Shown here piece by piece: positions 10,513-21,095 of a stretch of DNA of 64,000 bases (position 1 is the stretch's first letter; each line of letters begins with the position of its first letter). This stretch comes from Sedimentisphaerales bacterium (GTDB lineage Bacteria; Planctomycetota; Phycisphaerae; Sedimentisphaerales; SM23-30). The DNA lies in the NCBI GenBank assembly GCA_963666285.1, contig OY762711.1; one strand, given 5' to 3'. A model generated the notes under the pieces. That model was not told the origin of the DNA and did no database searches. It saw nothing but the letters and a program-made list of their open reading frames with translations. A program made the position numbers and the translations under genes.

Positions 10513-11910
10513 TTATTTACTGCCCAGTCTGGTCACCATATCAGGGCTTATCAGAAAATCAAACTGATCAGAGCTAAGCAGCCCTAACTCGATTACTACT
10601 TCTCGAATAGTCTTCGATTCTCTCTTAGACTGCAATGCGACCTCCTGGGCCTTCTGATATCCAATCTCTGAAACCAACGCTGTCACAACCGCAGATGATG
10701 TCTCTATGTGCTCGCGGCATTTTTCCTCATCTACCTCTATTCCAGAAACACAAAATTCTCTGAAAATCCGGCATGACTCTGTCAGAAGAGTTAAACTTTC
10801 AAGCAGCGAATCGGCTATCAGCGGCATAAATGCGTTCAACTCCAGATTACCCATCGAGGCCGCTTGTGCTATTGATTGGTCATGTGCAAATACCCTCATG
10901 GCTGCCTGCGATACCGCCTCCGGTATTACCGGATTTACCTTGCCCGGCATAACTGATGAGCCGGCCTGTCTTTCCGGCAAAGATATCTCACCTATACCGG
11001 CATCCGGGCCAGATGACATAAACCGCAAATCTGACGCTACTTTCAGCAAATTGGACGCACAGGCCTTCAATATACCGGATACCTCGACGAACACATCCGC
11101 ATTCTGGGTAACATCTATCATATTCTCTCCACGCGCCAAACCTAAACCGGTAATGGTACGCAATTCTTCTATCACATTGAATATATACTGACGCGGGGCC
11201 GACAATCCCGTACCAATTGCCGTACCGCCGATATTAACCACTCTTAACCGCTCCTCACATTTATATATTCGCCATCGATCACGGCCAAAAGTTTCCGCAT
11301 ATGCACTCATCTCACGACCTAATGTCGTCAATACCGCATCCTGCATCTGGGTGCGCCCAACCTTCACTATATTTGCGGTACGCTTTTCCAGCATCTGAAA
11401 TTCTTCAACTAGCTTTGCCACCTGCTCCTCCAATAGTCGCAGCTTCCAGATACACGCCACTTTTAACGCTGTCGGATACGTATCATTAGTTGACTGATGC
11501 AGGTTAACATGGTCAAGCGGGTCAATAATATCATAACTGCCCGGTTTCTCACCTAAAATCTGCAGCGCCCGATTTGCTATTACCTCGTTGACATTCATAT
11601 TCGTTGAGGTACCTGCCCCTCCCTGCAAGGCATCTACTATGATATGTTCGTTTAATACCCCAGAAAGCATCTCCTCACAAGCCGAACATATAGCCGACAA
11701 AATCTTTTCATCCAGCTTGCCCAGCTGACCGTTCACCCTGGCCGCCGCAAGCTTTACTGCTCCATATGCAGATATAAATTTGGCATCTATCATTTTACCG
11801 GTCAAAGGAAAATTCTCAACTGCCCGGACAGTATATATACCCCACAAAGCTTCCGCTGGAACCTGCATTTGACCTAAAAGATCTTTTTCTATTCGATATT
11901 TCTCTGACAT
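10513..11910 (-). CDS. aspA: Aspartate ammonia-lyase
   Basis: QGGAGTSTNMNVNEV, GRTQMQDAV, GSSVMPGKVNPVIPE (fumarase/aspartase signature). Confidence 0.92.
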   Translation of the reverse strand: MSEKYRIEKDLLGQMQVPAEALWGIYTVRAVENFPLTGKMIDAKFISAYGAVKLAAARVNGQLGKLDEKILSAICSACEEMLSGVLNEHIIVDALQGGAGTSTNMNVNEVIANRALQILGEKPGSYDIIDPLDHVNLHQSTNDTYPTALKVACIWKLRLLEEQVAKLVEEFQMLEKRTANIVKVGRTQMQDAVLTTLGREMSAYAETFGRDRWRIYKCEERLRVVNIGGTAIGTGLSAPRQYIFNVIEELRTITGLGLARGENMIDVTQNADVFVEVSGILKACASNLLKVASDLRFMSSGPDAGIGEISLPERQAGSSVMPGKVNPVIPEAVSQAAMRVFAHDQSIAQAASMGNLELNAFMPLIADSLLESLTLLTESCRIFREFCVSGIEVDEEKCREHIETSSAVVTALVSEIGYQKAQEVALQSKRESKTIREVVIELGLLSSDQFDFLISPDMVTRLGSK

Positions 11911-11927
11911 GTCTATACCTGACTGAC

Positions 11928-12980
11928 TTAATTCCTGGCCACAAATTTCACTGAATCACCACGCCCTTGACCAACTTTTCGGCCGATAGATTCAATTCGC
12001 TTCCTGATTTGTTCGTGAAAATGTTCCGCATCTTCATTTATACACGACTTGGCCGGATATATCTCATATAATTTTCGATATTCAAGAGGAGTAATATTTG
12101 GCATTATTACATTACCGCCGCAGTTTAAACCCTGCTCTCGACCGCTATCCGAAAGAGTTGACAGGGCCGTTGTGCTTGGCAGGTTTGTTTGCGGACACAA
12201 TATCCGCGTTAAGGCTAATACCTTACATGTCATCTCCTGAATGTTTGGTACCTGCTCACTGTCATCTAAAACAATTATATCTTCACCTCTACCCAGCGAA
12301 GTATCCGGATGAGCAATATAGGGTCCGACTCCTATCATATGCAAACCAAGCTCTTTAAATGCAAGGATATCATTTGCCAGGATATCATAACTCTGACCCG
12401 GGATACCCACCATTACGCCACTTCCGGTTTCATAGCCGATGGACTTTAGCTGTTTCAATACTTCAAAACGATCTACATGCGTCTGACCCTTTACCGGCGG
12501 ATGTATATTCTTATACAACTCCGGATCTGATGTCTCAAATCTTAGCAGATATCGGTCTGCCCCGGCTTTATGCCAGACAACAAATTCATCTTCACTTCTC
12601 TCACCCAGGCTCAACGTAATCGCCAGTTCACTGTTATCCTTCACCCATCTGATAAAACCTTCAATCATTTCCTTGGTCAAACCGTAATCTTCACCTGCCT
12701 GTACCACAATTGTACCATATCCAAATTTAACTGCCAGCTTGACACATTCCTGCATCTCGTCAACAGTCATACGATACCTGGGTATTTTTTGCCCCTGTAA
12801 CGCATTTATCCCACAATATCGACACTGACGTACACATATGTTAGACGCTTCAATCAAGCCCCGCAGATGAACCTCATCACCTACATTATCTTTGCGAACC
12901 TGGTCTGCCTTTTCCCATAACTCTTTGAGTTTAGCGGGATCGGTTTCTTTTAGCCATTGCAGAATTTCATTTTTATTCAT
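11928..12980 (-). CDS. hydE: [FeFe]-hydrogenase H-cluster radical SAM maturase HydE
   Basis: LRGLIEASNICVRQCRYC, ADRYLLRFET, GxNVIMPNITP, C-terminal YEIYP. Confidence 0.9.
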   Translation of the reverse strand: MNKNEILQWLKETDPAKLKELWEKADQVRKDNVGDEVHLRGLIEASNICVRQCRYCGINALQGQKIPRYRMTVDEMQECVKLAVKFGYGTIVVQAGEDYGLTKEMIEGFIRWVKDNSELAITLSLGERSEDEFVVWHKAGADRYLLRFETSDPELYKNIHPPVKGQTHVDRFEVLKQLKSIGYETGSGVMVGIPGQSYDILANDILAFKELGLHMIGVGPYIAHPDTSLGRGEDIIVLDDSEQVPNIQEMTCKVLALTRILCPQTNLPSTTALSTLSDSGREQGLNCGGNVIMPNITPLEYRKLYEIYPAKSCINEDAEHFHEQIRKRIESIGRKVGQGRGDSVKFVARN

Positions 12981-13142
12981 ATCTATTTGATTCTTACCTT
13001 ATGATACAAGTACCTGATTCACAATACAGGCATAAAGTGAGCCTGATAATATCAATTATTCTTACATAAAATTATATAGCAAACTAATTTAAAAGGAAAG
13101 CTGTTTGAACAACCAAATACAATTACTTGCTCAATAGCGCAT

Positions 13143-13175
13143 AAAAAAAGGCCGCATATACAAATATGCAGCCTT
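13143..13175 (-). terminator. Intrinsic terminator after rpmA
   Basis: Minus strand AAGGCTGCATAT-ttgt-ATATGCGGCCTTTTTTT. Confidence 0.8.
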
Positions 13176-13195
13176 GATATTTCTAATTCAATTCC

Positions 13196-13438
13196 TTACT
13201 GGGCAGGAATGATGTTTACTATACGATTATGAAAGTCCACTACACCGTCTTTAAGTGCAAATAGTGTATAATCTTTACCACAGCCAACATTCTTGCCGGG
13301 TTTGAAAGTCGTGCCAACCTGCCTGACAATAATACTTCCGGTTGTTACTGACTGGCCGCCATAAGCCTTGATACCACGATACTGCGGATTACTGTCACGA
13401 CCGTTTCTCGAAGAACCCTGTCCTTTTTTATGTGCCAT
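13196..13438 (-). CDS. rpmA: 50S ribosomal protein L27
   Basis: [16 protein letters not shown]...[14 protein letters not shown]. Confidence 0.98.
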   Translation of the reverse strand: MAHKKGQGSSRNGRDSNPQYRGIKAYGGQSVTTGSIIVRQVGTTFKPGKNVGCGKDYTLFALKDGVVDFHNRIVNIIPAQ

Positions 13439-13481
13439 TTTTTATTCTCGCCTATCTTATAAATTATTATATATTATTAAG

Positions 13482-14135
13482 TTAACGCATTATCCATTCC
13501 TTGCGACGAAACAACATGACTTTTTTGTCCTGATTGTTAACGTCACCGGGAACGGTATATTCTATCATTAAAGTCTTACGAAGCAAGACTTTTTTAGATT
13601 TTTTTTCATTTTTGTCATCTGCTACTTCAATTGTCTGCGTTTCATTGGAAAACCCGCTGATAAAAAGCTTTACAGATGTAGCGTTAGGATCGAAATCGTC
13701 CAAAATACATACACAATCACGGGCATTATCTTCACCCTGAAGTATCCTGCCGGCAACCTGAATTTCCGGCTCCAATAGTGGAACTGATTTCTTATAAAGC
13801 TTTTCAACTGCTTCATATACAGGTTTAGAAGGTACTTTGCCGGCCTCATACAACATGAAGGTATTTGTCATTACCTCAAATGTCGGGTAAAAATCTACAT
13901 CTTTACCTGTATTATTGGTAATAGTATACACCAAATACCAGAACCTTGTCGGAACTTCATCTCCAGGCAGCTTTACTTCCAATTGCTCTGGATTACCATG
14001 AAATTGAACATCTAACTGCCAGACATCGGTTGGCTGCAAGGCTGCCGGAACTGGAACGTCCGCTGGCACCTCAGCATAAGATACCGACATCATCACTAAC
14101 AATGCTAACAAAAAAGTGGTAAGTCTTGATTTCAT
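13482..14135 (-). CDS. Secreted hypothetical protein (planctomycete-type)
   Basis: Signal peptide; [10 protein letters not shown]...GFSNE...[12 protein letters not shown]...EWIMR. Confidence 0.7.
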   Translation of the reverse strand: MKSRLTTFLLALLVMMSVSYAEVPADVPVPAALQPTDVWQLDVQFHGNPEQLEVKLPGDEVPTRFWYLVYTITNNTGKDVDFYPTFEVMTNTFMLYEAGKVPSKPVYEAVEKLYKKSVPLLEPEIQVAGRILQGEDNARDCVCILDDFDPNATSVKLFISGFSNETQTIEVADDKNEKKSKKVLLRKTLMIEYTVPGDVNNQDKKVMLFRRKEWIMR

Positions 14136-14187
14136 AATGGTTTGTCCGTATATGGCAGGTATATTTATCTGATATAAACAGACATAT

Positions 14188-14216
14188 ATAATAATTACAC
14201 TCGTATATTATGTCAA
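14188..14216 (-). promoter_or_regulatory. Sigma70-type promoter for the hypothetical-rpmA unit
   Basis: TTGACA-N17-TATTAT on the minus strand. Confidence 0.6.
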
Positions 14217-14269
14217 GATTTTTACATAATTATCTGCTATTATATTATTTATATCTACTAAATCTACTC

Positions 14270-14298
14270 TTGAACATATTCTCCCAAGGCAATATAAT
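14270..14298 (+). promoter_or_regulatory. Sigma70-type promoter, divergent
   Basis: TTGAAC-N17-TATAAT. Confidence 0.55.
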
Positions 14299-14361
14299 GA
14301 TAGCCCTTTGTGAAAACTGTTAATATTTTATAACTTAAACTTTTGATTTTACACGTTTTTT

Positions 14362-14805
14362 ATGGCCCACTGCGACGAATCATTAAAACTTATCGGTGAA
14401 AAAATCGCCGAATATCAGAAAAACCATGATGGCATGTTCCCGCCTTCGCTTGACACTCTTGTCGAACTGGAAATGATTACTGTTTGGGAACTGGTATGCC
14501 CGGTTAGCCCGTTCCCGGTCGGACAATGCAGCTATTTCTACCGCGGAGCCGATTTATTTACCGGCGTTCCCAAGGAAATGGTCGTTGCCTACGACAAAGT
14601 CAACGGCCACAAAGAACGCCGTAATATACTTTTTGCTAACGGCAGAGTCCACCGACCGCCTGAAGGCGTATTCAACAGTTTCATTAGAAAAGATAACGAG
14701 TTCCGCAGACAAATGAACCTGCAGGAAATCAAAGCCGAAATCGTCTGGGTCGATCAGCTTAAACACCTGCGACCACATGACGACCTCGAAGACATCGAAG
14801 AATAG
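14362..14805 (+). CDS. Pilin-like globular domain protein with H-X9-(N)G motif and no prepilin leader
   Basis: C..SLKLIG....Y...HDGMFPPSL..L and HKERRNILFANGRV. Confidence 0.65.
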   Translation: MAHCDESLKLIGEKIAEYQKNHDGMFPPSLDTLVELEMITVWELVCPVSPFPVGQCSYFYRGADLFTGVPKEMVVAYDKVNGHKERRNILFANGRVHRPPEGVFNSFIRKDNEFRRQMNLQEIKAEIVWVDQLKHLRPHDDLEDIEE

Positions 14806-14910
14806 CTTCAGTCTATTATTATATCCAACCAAGCATATAATTGGAGTTCTTTTCTGTAATCCAATTGACATAGATATCTAATTGACAAGTAAAAAAATGT
14901 TACTCAACAT

Positions 14911-14950
14911 AAAAAAATAATGACGCCCAATCCACATTGAGCGCCATTAT
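14911..14950 (-). terminator. Intrinsic terminator between convergent genes
   Basis: ATAATGGCGCTCAAT-gtgg-ATTGGGCGTCATTATTTTTT on the minus strand. Confidence 0.65.
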
Positions 14951-15098
14951 ATAATATACATATCTGATCACACATACTTAACCAGAATGTCAAAAAGACT
15001 TACGACTGGCTATCTATACCCCTGCTATTTGTCTTCCATCCTGCTGATTATGTTTTGAATTACTAACAAATCATACCAGTCTGTTTTTAAAAAGCATC

Positions 15099-16019
15099 CT
15101 AATGTTTCTGGTAGTTCTGGCTATTGGGAAAGCGATTGAAAAGCCATTCTAGATCTTCATTATCTGTAAACGACTCAGGCCTGCCGGCTGCCCTATACGC
15201 GGAACGATCCCTGAAATAATCTGCAATATCCTTGTTTAACCATTTTCGACTTTCTACATGACCGTCAGCAAAACCAAAGGTACTGGATTTACCATGCCAT
15301 ATTGACAAAGGAACCCATAAAGTTTTGGTCGCTGAATTTTTCAAGTTCATATCAATTATAAACTGGTCAGGGTAATTTTTTTGCCAGTTATTATCATATG
15401 ATACTTCTGCAAAAATATATTTCTCACTTGAAAACTTAATTGCTGATGCCTTAGTGATAAACTTATCTGATGCTATACCGCTATTACTATTTTTAGCAGC
15501 ACCTATTCCGGATGGAATGGCATATGTCCTATACATCTGCTTATCCAAATCCCCTTCTTTTTGACGCTTATCACCAGGGCAGTGAAAAACCTCTTCTTCT
15601 TTAAGATACTTCCACATTGCACCTGCACGCAACCCTGTTTTCCTCATACCTTCAGTTACATTGCTACCTACAGCACCTCTATACCTTCCTGATGGAACTA
15701 GTGAAAAATCCGGACCTGTTGAATCACCAGGTATTTGTGGTGGCTCAACCCATGAATGTGGATTGCCGGAACCCCTCATATGACTTTCTGTTACGTAATG
15801 GGCCACAATATTGTCATTGTTAGAATCATTATATTGAATCCAGGCCAATACCAGATTCTTTTGGTTTGATGAGCACGCTACCTGATACGCCTGCTGTTTT
15901 GCCTTATTCAAAGCCGGCATAAGAATACTCACCAGCAAAGCAATGATAGAAATCACCACCAGTAACTCTATCAAAGTAAATCCTTTAAACGTTTTTTTTG
16001 TACCTTTACTTTTTGACAT
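15099..16019 (-). CDS. Prepilin-type N-methylation domain protein (DUF1559/H-X9-DG family)
   Basis: GFTLIELLVVISIIALLVSILMPAL, CSSNQK, FHCPGD, HGKSSTFGFADGHVE. Confidence 0.92.
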   Translation of the reverse strand: MSKSKGTKKTFKGFTLIELLVVISIIALLVSILMPALNKAKQQAYQVACSSNQKNLVLAWIQYNDSNNDNIVAHYVTESHMRGSGNPHSWVEPPQIPGDSTGPDFSLVPSGRYRGAVGSNVTEGMRKTGLRAGAMWKYLKEEEVFHCPGDKRQKEGDLDKQMYRTYAIPSGIGAAKNSNSGIASDKFITKASAIKFSSEKYIFAEVSYDNNWQKNYPDQFIIDMNLKNSATKTLWVPLSIWHGKSSTFGFADGHVESRKWLNKDIADYFRDRSAYRAAGRPESFTDNEDLEWLFNRFPNSQNYQKH

Positions 16020-16733
16020 TTTTTTCTCCTGTTAAAGAAATAAAAAATAATGAAAAATAAACCTGCACTAGCTCCATTTGCTTATTACAAACATTAATTT
16101 CATAAATTGCATTTTTTAAAAGGGGTTTATTTTTTCTATCTACTCTACTTACTTGTTTGTCTGCTCTACTATCCAGTTAATGCATTTTATTGTTGTTAAC
16201 TTTCGTAGTTTTTAAGTTGCAATAACGAAGTGCCTCTGGCAAATCGCCTAAAACAGTCAAAGTGCCATACCGCACTTGTTAACTCTTTGCGTAAGTAAAT
16301 TGCACTTATCAACAATATTGGAAAAACGCATTTCTATTTATTATCTGCACCAACTTGAAAAAAATGCCCTTAAAATATATTGATTTTAACCCACCCTAAA
16401 TCGACCCCAAAAATTAACTCACATAATCAGTTAAAACACATACAGTTACACTTATACTAGCAAACTTAAGTGGAGAAAAATTTTAAAACTTTTTTTAATA
16501 AATTTCTAACCACACGCCTCAAATAGAAACACATAATTGCACTATAGTGATATGCAAAACTTACAGACAACATCCCTTTAACGCGTGAATATAGGCATTA
16601 TTTTACAATTAAAACAAACATATGATGCCTGGAGAAATTAGTGAATTACATACACTAATTGCACAATAGCAATAATTCGAAAATTAAATAAACTATAATA
16701 CGAATAGAGTTCCCAAAGATATAGATATGACTT

Positions 16734-17558
16734 TTACTTGCAGGATATTCTCTGTCTTCTCGCCTCATATAACATAATCGCCCCACTGCAACTAACATTC
16801 AAACTGTCCATTTGGCCGACCATCGGTATATAAACCGAATTCTTTTCCTCTTGCAGCCACTCGTCCGGCAAACCGGTATGCTCGCTGCCAAGTACTATTG
16901 CTGTCGGGCGACAATAATCAACTTCCCAGAGACTTTTCGTAGCCGCAGGGCTGGTCAAAACAATCTGTACGCCGGATTCTTTAAGCAAAGCTATTACTTC
17001 TGCCAAAGGCAGACAAAACACCTCCAGAGTAAAGATAGAGCCCAGGCTCGAACGGATTGCGTTTGGATTGTACAGATCGGTACCGCCATTATCAGCTACC
17101 AGTACCATATCCACTCCCGCACCGTCTGCCGTCCTCAACATAGCCCCCAGGTTGCCTGGCTTCTCAACTCCCTCGATCACCAGTATCAGTGGATTCTCTG
17201 GCAATGCCTCCATAGCCGGTTCCTTTTCAGGATACCTCGCAACCGCATAAATTCCCTCGACATTCGACCGATACGCAATCTTATTATATACCGAGGCAGA
17301 AACTTCAAATATATGATCAACCGATGACGAGATTGCATCCAGCATACCCGGATACTCACTCAAGGCTTCATCATCTGCCAGTATCTCCGGACATAAATAC
17401 ACTTCACAGATATCTATCCCGCTGTTAAATGCATGGGCTATCTCTTTGCGGCCTTCAATAGGAAACAAACCAAGCTTACGCCGTTTACCACCGGTATTCA
17501 ACGACACCACCCGCTTGATATTATCATTCTTTACACTTGTTATTATTTTAACTGCCAT
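16734..17558 (-). CDS. TrmH/SpoU family RNA methyltransferase
   Basis: EKPGNLGAMLRTAD, LGSEHTGL, IPMVGQMDSLNVS. Confidence 0.92.
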   Translation of the reverse strand: MAVKIITSVKNDNIKRVVSLNTGGKRRKLGLFPIEGRKEIAHAFNSGIDICEVYLCPEILADDEALSEYPGMLDAISSSVDHIFEVSASVYNKIAYRSNVEGIYAVARYPEKEPAMEALPENPLILVIEGVEKPGNLGAMLRTADGAGVDMVLVADNGGTDLYNPNAIRSSLGSIFTLEVFCLPLAEVIALLKESGVQIVLTSPAATKSLWEVDYCRPTAIVLGSEHTGLPDEWLQEEKNSVYIPMVGQMDSLNVSCSGAIMLYEARRQRISCK

Positions 17559-17666
17559 ATAAACGGTATTTTATTATTTTATTACTCATGCGTCAGCTTG
17601 AATAGGTCGCGTAAGCGAATCCTGATTTTTCACTTTTTTGATTATTTAATCTATGATTCAATAATT

Positions 17667-17706
17667 AAAAATAGCTCATTGTCTCCGAAAAGACAAGAGC
17701 TATTTT
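17667..17706. terminator. Terminator hairpin downstream of the V-ATPase operon
   Basis: AAAATAGCTC-a-TTGTCT-ccgaaa-AGACAA-GAGCTATTTT. Confidence 0.75.
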
Positions 17707-17770
17707 AAATACTTATCATATCTGCACGGCATAAATACCATGCTTCATATTTAATACTTTCAATCTTTCA

Positions 17771-18262
17771 TTATGCTGGCAGCAGCATGAACAGGAAGAT
17801 AAAGCCTAGCAGACCTACTGATTCTACCAGACCCATCGCAATAATCAGAAATGTAAAGTTTACACCTTCTGAATCACTCAAAGCTCGACAAGCTGCAGCA
17901 CCTACTTTGCCCTGGTACCACGCTGAGAATAGCTCGATCAAACCACCTGCCAGGCCAATACCAAATAACGCTCCTGGATATGCTCCTGCAAGAGCTTCTG
18001 TACCGTCGGCACCAAATGATTTTGCTTTCATAAATACAAATGCCAGAATAAAAGCATAAAATGTCTGGGAAAGTGGCATACCTGCCAGGATAATATAATT
18101 AAAATTCAAGGCTTTGCCTGCTTTGGCTTCCTTTGCCCATGCTCCGGCAGCAGCTTGGCCTGCAATACCGATACCAAGAGCACTTCCAACGGCGCCCAAA
18201 CCCATAGCTAATGCGAGCCCCATCTGCCCCATTGTAATTGGCATTGTAGTAATAATATCCAT
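17771..18262 (-). CDS. ntpK: V/A-type ATPase proteolipid subunit K
   Basis: Four-TM c-subunit; PLSQTFY, YQG, VES. Confidence 0.92.
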   Translation of the reverse strand: MDIITTMPITMGQMGLALAMGLGAVGSALGIGIAGQAAAGAWAKEAKAGKALNFNYIILAGMPLSQTFYAFILAFVFMKAKSFGADGTEALAGAYPGALFGIGLAGGLIELFSAWYQGKVGAAACRALSDSEGVNFTFLIIAMGLVESVGLLGFIFLFMLLPA

Positions 18263-18305
18263 TTGAAATCTCCTTATAAACTAAATAAGTTAATAAATAC
18301 TTTTG

Positions 18306-20141
18306 TTATTTTTTATTTCCAAACGGCTCATACGCATAGCCGCCCCACTGAATACCGGCACCACCGGAAAATTCAAGCATATTTAAGCGGACGCCATGAG
18401 CGAGTACCGCAATTAAAGCCAAAAATATATTCAATACATGACCGAAAGCTATAACGATCGAGCCAAATACTACTCCAAATATCCCCAAGCCAAACAAGTC
18501 TGTTCCCATCTGGTTAAACGATGCCGCAAGGTAATAACTCGCCAGACCTACCGCCATCAGACGAATATAACTCATCATATCGCCGAAAGCTCCGATTGTC
18601 GGTAATATTGATGACGCCAGCCCAATTGATACTCTTACCGCTGGATTATTATGCGGATGAGTAAATATTACCGCTAACGCCAGACCCGCAGGCAGCAAAA
18701 TCAATATCATACCCCATGGTATAACCATTTTGTCTGGATAGAACAAACCCCAGATTATGCCAAACATTGCCATCATAACCAATACCCAGCCAATCTCGGC
18801 AAAAGCTCGCTTATTAGGCCAGATAAATGCAGCCTGGCATAAATGTGCCAGAACAAGATGCACACACCCGATTACAAAACTCAGTTTGGTAACTTTGTTT
18901 ATACCTTCTATTGTGTCTATATCCCAGAAAACTGCCGGCATCGCAAACAACTTGCCAAAACTGGTCAATTCACCGGCATCATTTTTAAAGTTTGCTGGTG
19001 TTACACCAAATATGTTGCCTGATAGAATTCCCCAAACAAATGTGGTAATACCAATTATCTTGATCAAATCTGCCATATCTTTTCCGGCAGCTTTAACCAG
19101 CTTATCTCTCATGCCATATGCAAGTGCTACAAATATCAGGCCATAACCGGCATCACCGATAATCATCGCTGCAAATAGTGGAAACGCCACCATAAAAAAC
19201 TTTGACAGCTCTGGCTCTCTATAACCAGGCAAGGTTCCCAATACGCCAAATAATGCCTTTATCGGTAAAGTCCATTTAGGATAATCTACCTCGGTTGGTG
19301 GAAGTTCTTCTTCACCAGTCTCGACTATCCTCATGCCGCAATGAATATGGTTCTTATCAAGATCATTGCCCAGACTTTCAAACTTTTCTGTTGGAAGCCA
19401 TCCCTGGATAGCATACAAATCTGAGTCATTTAACCCTGAATTTGCCGCGGTTGAATATTCGTGGACTGACTCCATATCGTTTACATACTTGGCAACCTTA
19501 TCAAAATGGGATGCCAGTTTGTTGATCTCTTCTTTAGCTTCTGCCTTTTTACTCTCAAGCTCAGTAATCTCGGCTTTTAATGTCGGATTATCAAATTCCG
19601 GCATATGCACCGGCTCAAAACCTGAATCTTCAGGCAGTTCTACTTTTTCCGCTCCGACAACGGCTACCAGTTTCTTTCCCAGCGGAGCTCCGCTTAATGT
19701 GGTAACATATTCTGCGTCAAAATCTATCTCTGCATTTTCCGGAGCTACAAAAAACAGGAGGCTCTTACCTGCTGTTTTCAAAAATTCCAGGTCTGCCAGG
19801 GACAAATTACCCCACATATGCTGGTTGTCTATGGCACGAAGATTTGCTGAAATCTTATGCCTGCATTCGTCAATTATTTTCTGGTTTGCCAGCACATCAG
19901 AAAATACCTCACTTACTTTGAGGGATTCACTTGATGGTACTACCGGCTGGTGATGATTCAATATAGAATAAGCATGCTGGGCGTCAGCTAACTGCTGGGC
20001 CACCTGCTCGTCCGCTGCTGCCAGATCCGCTGATACAGGAACAACGTGCAACACTCCATATTTCTGGAGTTCGGTCAGCAGGCTGTCTTTGTCAGCCATA
20101 CTTACTACTACCTGAATTTTTGACATATTTACTATTGACAT
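18306..20141 (-). CDS. ntpI: V/A-type ATPase subunit I
   Basis: GDAGYG, DMMSYIRLMAVGL, HGVRLNMLEF. Confidence 0.93.
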   Translation of the reverse strand: MSIVNMSKIQVVVSMADKDSLLTELQKYGVLHVVPVSADLAAADEQVAQQLADAQHAYSILNHHQPVVPSSESLKVSEVFSDVLANQKIIDECRHKISANLRAIDNQHMWGNLSLADLEFLKTAGKSLLFFVAPENAEIDFDAEYVTTLSGAPLGKKLVAVVGAEKVELPEDSGFEPVHMPEFDNPTLKAEITELESKKAEAKEEINKLASHFDKVAKYVNDMESVHEYSTAANSGLNDSDLYAIQGWLPTEKFESLGNDLDKNHIHCGMRIVETGEEELPPTEVDYPKWTLPIKALFGVLGTLPGYREPELSKFFMVAFPLFAAMIIGDAGYGLIFVALAYGMRDKLVKAAGKDMADLIKIIGITTFVWGILSGNIFGVTPANFKNDAGELTSFGKLFAMPAVFWDIDTIEGINKVTKLSFVIGCVHLVLAHLCQAAFIWPNKRAFAEIGWVLVMMAMFGIIWGLFYPDKMVIPWGMILILLPAGLALAVIFTHPHNNPAVRVSIGLASSILPTIGAFGDMMSYIRLMAVGLASYYLAASFNQMGTDLFGLGIFGVVFGSIVIAFGHVLNIFLALIAVLAHGVRLNMLEFSGGAGIQWGGYAYEPFGNKK

Positions 20142-20332
20142 TTATATAACCCTTTACAGTTTATAATGTCCATTCGAACTTAATAAAAGCTTTGAGCGAA
20201 GTTTATACTTCTACTTTCAACTCTTGTTTTTCACTATTTACTTATTTTGCCACGCCTCGCGAAGCTATCAATTAAGGTCGCGCCAGTGACACCTAAACTC
20301 TTCACTTAATCAAACTTGTGATGCGAGTTTGA

Positions 20333-20956
20333 TTACGATCCATTATCTATCTCTTTTTCAACCAGCTTACTCTTGGCTATCTTGGCCCGACCTACCGCTG
20401 CCGCCATCTCATCTGAAAGCTGGATCTTGATCTTGCGAATATTTTCTTTCGCTTCCGGTATCTTTACCTTTTCAAACAAATTAACTCGCTGAATCAGCTT
20501 GGTTAACTCTTTCTGCAAAAGATCAAATTGACGCTGCAAGATTTCCATACGGGCATTACAGCGATTTACTTCTCGCAAATCTTCTATCGTATCATCTACC
20601 CAGGCCGGGGTAGCAAACAAGCTGTAGCTGGCTTCTTCAAAAACTACTTCTTCATAAACCGGAACGTTCACACCAGCTATATTACTCTGATGGGTCTTTA
20701 TCTCTTTGCATTCCGCCAGAGATTTTACATTAACACCGGCAACATCATTGGTAATGGAACTATACCGATCAAAGATCGCTTCAGCCTTCTTCTTCGCTTC
20801 TTCTGCCTCGTCACGCTGTTGAGAAATCTTACGCATTGTCATCTGCAGCATCTGCTGTTTCAGCTTCAGCATAGGCAGATACCTGGCAAATCTCTTCAGA
20901 TCGTCACGCTGACGCTTTAGCTCGGGCCTGGTAAATTTTATCTTTTTCTTTGCCAT
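20333..20956 (-). CDS. ntpD: V/A-type ATPase subunit D
   Basis: RYLPMLKLKQ, QRVNLFEKVKIP. Confidence 0.93.
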   Translation of the reverse strand: MAKKKIKFTRPELKRQRDDLKRFARYLPMLKLKQQMLQMTMRKISQQRDEAEEAKKKAEAIFDRYSSITNDVAGVNVKSLAECKEIKTHQSNIAGVNVPVYEEVVFEEASYSLFATPAWVDDTIEDLREVNRCNARMEILQRQFDLLQKELTKLIQRVNLFEKVKIPEAKENIRKIKIQLSDEMAAAVGRAKIAKSKLVEKEIDNGS

Positions 20957-21095
20957 ATTTATAATACCTGGTTATCTGTTCCTGGTACTTAGTTAATACA
21001 ATTCAGTCTCAAGTCAAGTTCACTTTTGAGTTAGCTTAAAATCTGTTTCGCCTTGGCGAAATCAGCAAAACTTAACTCTTAGCTCTTCACTGACT

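Noticed and set aside
16220..16236. Sigma54 promoter (GGCAC...TTGCA on the minus strand)
   Set aside because: GG-to-GC spacing is 12 nt rather than the required 10.
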